Source: Salinispira sp. (lineage in GTDB: Bacteria > Spirochaetota > Spirochaetia > DSM-27196 > Salinispiraceae). Taken from it: a DNA stretch of 64,000 bases. The translations under genes were made by a program, and so were the position numbers. The stretch spans positions 30,378 to 94,377 of the forward strand of contig CBDDDG010000016.1 in NCBI GenBank assembly GCA_965226555.1, given 5' to 3'. The notes beneath the pieces are model-generated. The model saw nothing but the letters and a program-made list of their open reading frames with translations. It was not told where the DNA came from and ran no database searches. Shown piece after piece: positions 57,401 to 64,000 of the stretch; the stretch's first letter is position 1, and each line of letters starts with the position of its first letter.

Positions 57401-58838
57401 AAACCTCCTGATACGTTTTTTGCTGATATTTTTTGAATCGGATGCCCTGAATACCTTCTTCCGCAACCCTCAAAATACCGGCATTTTCATCGGCGCCCTC
57501 ATTGCCGTTGCCGCAGGCCTGCTGGGGTGTTTTCTCCTCCTGAGGGGCATGGCGCTTACCTCAGACGCTATCAGCCACACCGTATTACTGGGAATTGTTC
57601 TTGTATTTCTGCTCATACAAGCCTTCGGCAGTGAGATTAACCTTACCTCTCCCCTGCTCCTTATTGGGGCGGCAGCGGCAGGTCTTGCAACCGTGTTCCT
57701 CACCGAAGTTCTGCAGCGTACCAAACTCCTTAAGCAGGATGCTGCCCTCGGACTGATTTTCCCCCTTTTATTCGCCATTGCCATAATTCTTGTTTCACGG
57801 TATTCAGATGATGTTCACCTCGATAACGATTCAGTGATGGTTGGAGAAATCGGTATTGCCTGGGCATATACAAACAGCCATAGTATCGGCAATTACGAAA
57901 CAATTACCATTACCCCCGATGACCCCCGGGCAGAATTTATACGCAGCTGTATAAACTGCGGGGAAGAGAATGTCAGTCCGCGAAGCATTGATGCCCGCTT
58001 TGAGGAAGTCTGCGGCAACTGCCGTGAGTATAGCCCGATACAGGCCTATAAGGCTGGGTTTACCGATGAGGAACCGGTCATTGTATTCTGGCCGCGTTTG
58101 CTGACAGTTATGCTCATTTTCTGCCTTATTACCCTGATCTTTGTTGCGCTCTTTTTCAAAGAACTTAAAATCAGTACCTTCGATCCATCGCTTGCGCACT
58201 CGCTCGGATTCAAACCGACGCTGCTCCTTTATCTGCTCATGGGGCTGGTAAGCCTCGTTGCTGTGGGAGCCTTTAACGCGGTAGGGTCTATTCTTGTCAT
58301 TGCCTTCTTCATCATTCCTCCGGCCACCGCCCTGCTCCTCAGCAACCGTTTGAATACCATGCTCATTATCAGCGCGCTGACAGGCTGTCTGGCAACATTC
58401 TTCGGTTATCAGCTCTCAAAGGGATATGTTTTCGGCATCAACCTGAACAATGCTGTAAAGGGAACCTGGGACACCTCAATTTCGGCATCCATAGGTATAA
58501 GTATGCTCCTGTTTTTCTGTCTGACCCTGCTTATTTCTCCCCGTCATGGCATTGTTGCCGTCTTCATTCGACAATTACAGCAGAAACGTTCCTTCGATGA
58601 GCAGACCCTCATGGGTCACATTCATAATCACAGCGGAACAGACCGGGAACACATTGAACTCAGGCAGGCAACCCTCAACGAACATCTCCAATGGGAAGAA
58701 AAGCGCATCAGCTCTGTTCTCAAACGCCTGCTGGCACATTCACAGGTCTACGGCAGCGATGACGGGCTCATTCTCCTCACAAAAAAGGGGCGGCAGAGGG
58801 TGGAAAAATTCCATAGCGAAATCGGGCTGGGGAAATAG
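57393..58838 (+). CDS. troD: Metal ABC permease (TroD-like) with Cys-rich insertion and C-terminal winged-helix-like tail
   Basis: DAISHTVLLG, VHLD.D.V.VGEI, TFDP.LA, AFNAVGSILV. Confidence 0.85.
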   Translation: MIENLLIRFLLIFFESDALNTFFRNPQNTGIFIGALIAVAAGLLGCFLLLRGMALTSDAISHTVLLGIVLVFLLIQAFGSEINLTSPLLLIGAAAAGLATVFLTEVLQRTKLLKQDAALGLIFPLLFAIAIILVSRYSDDVHLDNDSVMVGEIGIAWAYTNSHSIGNYETITITPDDPRAEFIRSCINCGEENVSPRSIDARFEEVCGNCREYSPIQAYKAGFTDEEPVIVFWPRLLTVMLIFCLITLIFVALFFKELKISTFDPSLAHSLGFKPTLLLYLLMGLVSLVAVGAFNAVGSILVIAFFIIPPATALLLSNRLNTMLIISALTGCLATFFGYQLSKGYVFGINLNNAVKGTWDTSISASIGISMLLFFCLTLLISPRHGIVAVFIRQLQQKRSFDEQTLMGHIHNHSGTDREHIELRQATLNEHLQWEEKRISSVLKRLLAHSQVYGSDDGLILLTKKGRQRVEKFHSEIGLGK

Positions 58839-58898
58839 ATGATGCTTACTGAAAGTTCTGCAAAACTTTGTTATATTATTATATATGAGAGGTGCGAC

Positions 58899-59420
58899 AT
58901 GAAATTATCTGAAAATATGCATATGGCATTGAATGAGCAAGTTGCCCGGGAATTCACTGCTCATTTTCTGTATAGGGCGATAGCCTTTGATCTCTATGAA
59001 AAGGGTTACCAAGGATTTTCGGCATGGATGGAAAATCATGCGCGGGAAGAATACGGCCATGCGGAAAAAATAATTACCTATCTGAAAGATAAAACTGTTC
59101 CGGTTTTTCTGAAAGATATTTCACTCACAGACAAAAAATGGGGCAACCCGAAGTCCGCCATCGAAGCAGCCCTTGCACATGAAGAATGGCTCACTGAGAA
59201 AATCCACATACTTCACGATCTGGCATCGGAGGAAAACGATAAGACAAGCATTCTCCTGCTCGATTGGTTTGTGGAAGAACAACAGGAAGAAGAGAAGATC
59301 GTTAATGACCTGCTCACGCGCATCAATTTATGCGATTCCTCACCTGTTGGTCTCATGCTTATTGACGCTGAATTGAATTCCGGCGCACCGAGTACGGCGG
59401 TTTCCACACAGACTGAGTAG
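58899..59420 (+). CDS. ftnA: Non-heme ferritin
   Basis: LNEQV..E, EEYGHA, HE, WFVEEQQEEE ferroxidase residues. Confidence 0.9.
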   Translation: MKLSENMHMALNEQVAREFTAHFLYRAIAFDLYEKGYQGFSAWMENHAREEYGHAEKIITYLKDKTVPVFLKDISLTDKKWGNPKSAIEAALAHEEWLTEKIHILHDLASEENDKTSILLLDWFVEEQQEEEKIVNDLLTRINLCDSSPVGLMLIDAELNSGAPSTAVSTQTE

Positions 59421-59434
59421 TCTGTAAGAAACTA

Positions 59435-59770
59435 TTCTATACCTTGAGAGAATCAAGAATATAACAAAGTTTTGCCTGTGGCAAAACTTTCTATACCTTG
59501 AGAGAATCAAGAATATAACAAAGTTTTGCCTGTGGCAAAACTTTCTATACCTTGAGAGAATCAAGAATATGGATGAGAGAATCCTCATTTGAAAATTGTG
59601 CAGAGCACAATTTTCTGTGATGAGAGAATCCTTATTTGAAAATTGTGCAGAGCACAATTTTTTGTGATGAGAGAATCCTCATGAGAAAATTGCGCAGAAC
59701 ACAATTTTCTGCGATGAGGAACCCTCATTGGAAAATTGCGCAGAACACAATTTTCAGCAGCAAAGCTTTC
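59435..59770. repeat. Tandem array of family A hairpin modules: 54-bp unit x2.5, then 47-bp unit x4
   Basis: CTATACCTTGAG at 59437/59491/59545; GATGAG at 59572/59619/59666/59713. Confidence 0.92.
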
Positions 59771-59777
59771 GGCAACG

Positions 59778-59927
59778 CTATTTTAACGGAAGAATGCGAT
59801 ACACACCTGTTCCGCAAATTGCGCAGGTTCCCTTCATTGCCGGTCTGCCGTTTTTCATTGTTACTTTGACACCATCTTTGATATCAACCTTTGCCTTACA
59901 TTTAACACAATATGCTTGTTCAGCCAT
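59778..59927 (-). CDS. 49-aa zinc-ribbon protein (DUF5679-like)
   Basis: SD GAGGTG; MAEQAYCVKCKAKVDIKDGVKVTMKNGRPAMKGTCAICGTGVYRILPLK; below the ORF-track size cutoff. Confidence 0.85.
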   Translation of the reverse strand: MAEQAYCVKCKAKVDIKDGVKVTMKNGRPAMKGTCAICGTGVYRILPLK

Positions 59928-60062
59928 TGAATCACCTCATATATCTTATATTTACATGTAGTATAGCATGCTTTCAAGTATTAGGCAAAGAAATATATCC
60001 GAAAGTTGAAAAATAAACCTTTGACCTGACCCCGGCACGGGGCGCGCTGAAGTAATGCGCTG

Positions 60063-60302
60063 CTACGCTTCGCCGTTTTTCTGAAATGTTCGAATTTCAT
60101 CCCCGCTGAGTTTGGTGTACTTACGAATACGGTCTATCGACAGACCATCCTTAAGCATATTGCGTACATGCTCACGCTGGAGCTGAGCTTGCCCTTGCGC
60201 ACGCCCCTGCTCAAGTCCCTGCTCAAGCCCCTGCTCAAGCCCCTGCGCAATCCCGTGCTCAACACCTGCCCGCCATGGCTTATCTAAAAGATCTACCAAC
60301 AT
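60063..60302 (-). CDS. Candidate intragenic RpnS-like protein, 79 aa
   Basis: GAGGAGG-N8-ATG; QGLE repeats; HTH-like tail. Confidence 0.65.
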   Translation of the reverse strand: MLVDLLDKPWRAGVEHGIAQGLEQGLEQGLEQGRAQGQAQLQREHVRNMLKDGLSIDRIRKYTKLSGDEIRTFQKNGEA

Positions 60303-60779
60303 ACGTTTTACCTCCTCAGGATTTTACTGCCGGCTGCATGGCGAGCAGCGCGGAGCGCGACCAGCAAATAGTTTTTTTGTTTCATCCCTCGTTATCTTAC
60401 CATCAAATCTCTTTATTATCCATTCACTGAAACTTTTGCCTTGGAAAATTGCGCACGCGCAATTTTCCAAGGCAAAACTTTGTCATATAATACATCGCTA
60501 TTTTCGGGAATCTTATTCTGTATCATATTGTTGAGGATGACGATTGTTTCTTCTGTGTATTCTTCTATTGTTCCAAGATTCTCAATATACATTATCGCTG
60601 AAATGACTCCGCCGGTGGCGATGAGTTCATCGTTAGTGAAAGTATCAATGTTGATCTGAAAATAGGGGGATATACAAATGCCTAAGTAAAGATATGATGA
60701 AAAATCTATTTTGCGGGGGTCAGAATTGATCATTGGCGCTCCAGAGCAGGTGTATATGACAAGGGTGATTATCCGGTAA

Positions 60780-60879
60780 CTGAAAATTTTGCTCTGCAAA
60801 ATTTTCAAATAAGGATTCTCTCATCTATACTCTTGATTCTCTCAAGGTATAGAAAGTTTTGCCTGAGGCAAAACTTTAT
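60780..60879. repeat. Family A four-hairpin element
   Basis: Second copy of 11276-11378. Confidence 0.9.
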
Positions 60880-61182
60880 TATCGGTTTTCTTCTTCCCCG
60901 ATGAGGAAATGCGTTCGGATAAGCGCTGGGCGTATGTGTATATTCTCCCTGGCATGGTGTTATCCACTGTCGACTGAAATTCAATGCCAAAGTTTCTATT
61001 AGCCTGATCCAGACGCATGGCGAGCCGGATGCTTAGGCGAGCAGGTGCGGAGCGCCGACCAGCCCAGGATGCGCGCAAGCATCCGACCAGCCGTTTTATC
61101 GAAAAAAGGCAGGCACGGGGGAAAATCCGCGCATGCCTGAGTTGAATTGCAACGTTTCAATTAGCCGCTGCGGGTTATGAAA

Positions 61183-62838
61183 TTACTCATACCATGACGG
61201 AAACGGTGTCTTTCCCTCTCCGATGCCCACGCCGGAACCATTAAACATATTTGCTTTGTTTCCAGTATATTTGCCAGCGGCATTGAGCGTCCCGGCAGCA
61301 GTCGACCAATGATCCTTCCACTCCTCAAGATTTTGATTGAATGTGCTTGTGTTAGTGAACATACTGCTCATATTCGTTACCGAACTGACATCCCAGCCGG
61401 AAATATCGCCATTGAATGCAGTTGCACTATAGAACATAAGGGACATATCCATTACCGAACTGACATCCCAACCGGAGATATCGCCATTGAATGCGGTGAG
61501 AAGGAACATATTTGACATATTCGTTACTGAACTGACATCCCAGTCGGAGATATCGCCATTGAATACGGTTGCGTTATAGAATGTATATGACATATCCATT
61601 ACCGAACTGACATCCCAACCCGAGATATCGCCATTGAATGTAGTTGCACTATAGAATATATTGGTCATATTCGTTACCGAACTGACATCCCAGAGCGAGA
61701 TGTCGCCATTGAAGGAAGTGTTGTTAAGGAAAACAGCGGACATATCTGTTACTGCCGTGGTAATAATGTAGTTGAGATCGCCAGTATCGCCCCAAGCAGT
61801 TATCCCCGCAGCTACCGCGGCGTCCAGTTCAGCGTTATCTGCTGGACTCACGGTAACGTAAAAATATTCGGCAAAAAGCTTGTCTTCAGTTTCGGTTTCA
61901 CCATATATCACATATGTTCCTGCCGTTGTAGCGGCGGCAACCGTAACAATTTCAATACTTTCATTAACTATATCAACTACATTAATTGTCGGTGGGGTGA
62001 ACGCGCCCGGCAGAGTTGCGGGGGTTACCGTAATGTCTCCAGACATTTCATCGACCCCGTGAGTGCCCGCGATCAAATAAACGCTGATGTTCTCGCTGGC
62101 AATGGTAGCATAAGCGGCAGCTGAAAGGCTCACAGATTTTGCCGTACCCGCGGGAGTCTGTATTCTTAGCGGCATTGCTGTTGCGGATTCAGACCTGTTA
62201 CCACTGCCGACTTCATTGACGGCGCGCACCCGTACTTCGTACTCGGCGTCGTTTGTCAGGTTTGTAATGCTGTGGTCGTGCGTGCCCGGTGCCGGAGCGA
62301 TTTCCGTCCATGCTCCGTTGCCTGTGCGATACTGCAATTCGTACCCGGTAATGGGGCTGCCGCCGTCATCTTCCGGGGCAGTCCATAGAGCAACAAGCCG
62401 CCCAGTGCCCGCATAAAGGGTTGGAGCATCCGGCGCGTCAGGAACAGTGGCAGGGGGAGTTTCAGCGGCAGATTCCGACCAGTCGCCAGCGCCGATTGCA
62501 TTGACGGCGCGCACCTGTACGTCGTACTCTGCGGCCTTTGTCAGTCCGGTAATGGGGTGGCTTGTGTTTGTGCCGATGCCTTCGGTAATTTCCGTCCATG
62601 CCTCATCGCCTGTGCGATATTGTAGCTCATACGCGGTAATGGGGCTGCCGCCGTTGTTCGGCGCAGTCCATGTCGCAATGAGTTGCTCATCCCCCGCTTT
62701 AAGGGTTGGCGCAGCCATTGTGCCCGGCACGGTTGGCTCGGGTTCAGTGGTCGGTTCCGGCATCGGACATGCAGCAATCAATATGATAAACATTGCGCAG
62801 AATAGAAAACAGGTTCCTCTCAAGCATAAAATTAACAT
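61183..62838 (-). CDS. Surface lipoprotein: 2 FN3 domains + DUF285 repeats
   Basis: Lipobox IAAC; FN3 x2; FNGDIS.WDVSSV repeats. Confidence 0.9.
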   Translation of the reverse strand: MLILCLRGTCFLFCAMFIILIAACPMPEPTTEPEPTVPGTMAAPTLKAGDEQLIATWTAPNNGGSPITAYELQYRTGDEAWTEITEGIGTNTSHPITGLTKAAEYDVQVRAVNAIGAGDWSESAAETPPATVPDAPDAPTLYAGTGRLVALWTAPEDDGGSPITGYELQYRTGNGAWTEIAPAPGTHDHSITNLTNDAEYEVRVRAVNEVGSGNRSESATAMPLRIQTPAGTAKSVSLSAAAYATIASENISVYLIAGTHGVDEMSGDITVTPATLPGAFTPPTINVVDIVNESIEIVTVAAATTAGTYVIYGETETEDKLFAEYFYVTVSPADNAELDAAVAAGITAWGDTGDLNYIITTAVTDMSAVFLNNTSFNGDISLWDVSSVTNMTNIFYSATTFNGDISGWDVSSVMDMSYTFYNATVFNGDISDWDVSSVTNMSNMFLLTAFNGDISGWDVSSVMDMSLMFYSATAFNGDISGWDVSSVTNMSSMFTNTSTFNQNLEEWKDHWSTAAGTLNAAGKYTGNKANMFNGSGVGIGEGKTPFPSWYE

Positions 62839-63119
62839 TCATAGTTTAACTCCTTATATAGGGTTTAAGATTCTTGCATAGTATCATTTTCAAATACCTT
62901 ATGCAATGGTAATATTTTGCATTGGAAAATTGTGCGTGCACAATTTCCAGCAGCAAACCTTTCAATGAGTATACTACATTCAGGAACACATATCAAAGGA
63001 TGAGACGACGGACATTGGGGATATTACTATTTGACCTGACCCCGCCGCATAAGCGAGCAGAATAATGAGATTATGGGCGTTCTCCTGTATGTATGTAGAC
63101 CACATCTCCCAAACCAATC

Positions 63120-63347
63120 TCAAGCGAATCTTCGACCACTGGGTCCCTTCAGTGTCTTATGAACTAAATTTTGCAGAATTCCCTCCCCCTTACCATGAAT
63201 AACACTGAAAACCTGTATATCCGCAAGCAGAGCCCGGTCGAGAAAGCGCTCCAGTTCTCTCAGGGCATCTTCCACGCGCCTTCCTCTAATATCCAGCGTG
63301 AGACCGGAGAGCGCAGATCTCAGGGCAATAAATTCTGTCTGATCCAT
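63120..63347 (-). pseudogene. Smr-domain fragment (MutS2 C-terminus-like)
   Basis: LDIRG.RVEDAL..LERFLD.A......VIHGKGEGIL; the terminal GGxG motif is missing. Confidence 0.65.
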
Positions 63348-63490
63348 CAGCTATCGGATTTATTGTATCAATCTTTCTCATTGCTGTTATTGTGCTTAAT
63401 GTAATAGAATGGGATATAAACTTTTGCATTTTGCAAAACTTTCTGTTATAATCCCGTCAGTATATTTTGATAAAGTGAGAAAAAGAATCA

Positions 63491-63886
63491 ATGCCCTATT
63501 ACGATTATGAATGCTCTGAATGCGGGCATGTTTTTGAAGTGTTTCAGAACATGTCGGATGATGCCCTTACCGATTGCCCGGAATGTAAGAAACCTGCGCT
63601 TCGCAGGCTGGTGAGCGGCGGCGCAGGGATAATTTTCCGAGGAAGCGGTTTCTATGTGAATGACAGCAGGAAAACCCAAGACTCTGGGGAATCGGCGCAA
63701 AAATCCGACTCAGCAAAAAGCGCAAAGACCGATTCCCAGTCTGCCGACTCGAAAAATGCCGGCTCCTCTGCTGGTTCTTCTGGTGGTTCCTCTGCTGGTT
63801 CTTCTGGCAATTCTTCTGGCAATTCTTCTGGTGGCTCCTTGGGGAACGGGAAGGCAGGCAATACATCGTCAGGTCAAAAAATCTGA
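63491..63886 (+). CDS. FmdB family zinc-ribbon protein with Ser/Gly repeat tail
   Basis: MPYYDYECSECG..FE..Q.MSD..LT.CP.C, FRGSGFY.ND; 12-bp repeats encoding SSGG/SSGN. Confidence 0.9.
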   Translation: MPYYDYECSECGHVFEVFQNMSDDALTDCPECKKPALRRLVSGGAGIIFRGSGFYVNDSRKTQDSGESAQKSDSAKSAKTDSQSADSKNAGSSAGSSGGSSAGSSGNSSGNSSGGSLGNGKAGNTSSGQKI

Positions 63887-64000
63887 ACAGGCTGACATCA
63901 CAGTAATGAAGAAGCAGTACAAAAACGAAAAATTCCATGACCTCCACTTTGAACTTGGCGATTTTTCAACAGCGGTTTCATTTCACAGCAGCGCGGATAC

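Larger units (their letters stand above)
60063..60995 (-). pseudogene. Rpn family nuclease remnant with three repeat insertions; N-terminus missing
   Basis: IEFQSTVDNTMPGRIYTY | SYRIITLVIY...GGVISAIMYIE | SEWIIKRF...KKLF | NPEEVKRM, separated by inserts at 60780-60879, 60427-60483 and 60330-60366. Confidence 0.8.

Noticed and set aside
59435..59770. CRISPR array
   Set aside because: Units are contiguous with no unique spacers, have two different periods, and there are no cas genes in the window.
63906..64000. Start of a further CDS (MKKQYKNEKFHDLHF...)
   Set aside because: Open to the window edge but too short to support a call.

Overview
64 kb of bacterial chromosome, most likely a spirochete. 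This is inferred from the TatT/TatP/DctQM TRAP transporter, TroR with a troABCD-type metal uptake operon, single-chain GlyRS, and many Cys-lipoproteins. FN3, DUF285 and propeller-blade surface lipoproteins plus many pseudogenes suggest a host-associated lifestyle (inference). Housekeeping genes (ptsH, sppA, argS, manA, pyk, tyrS, glyQS, gltX, alaA, ftnA) alternate with accessory segments. Main points: (1) a compact type II secretion cluster (gspD-E-F, L/M-like, a lipoprotein, gspG, I/J/K-like, prepilin peptidase) sits head-to-head with a ~2,100 aa Rhs/YD-repeat protein that has a signal-peptide-like N-terminus, a Cys/His C-terminal domain and no visible immunity gene. (2) Three FN3+DUF285 lipoprotein genes are each followed by a PD-(D/E)XK or Rpn nuclease gene and share flanking motifs. 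(3) In all three Rpn genes the nuclease part is disrupted, while the C-terminal small ORF with its own Shine-Dalgarno (SD) sequence is intact. (4) Two families of modular, nesting hairpin repeats insert into genes and one expands into a tandem array. (5) In-frame low-complexity expansions occur in several housekeeping proteins. Also present: a 223-bp MITE, an IS3 remnant and an AT-rich SF1 helicase running off the left edge. All calls come from reading motifs by eye; no database searches were run.
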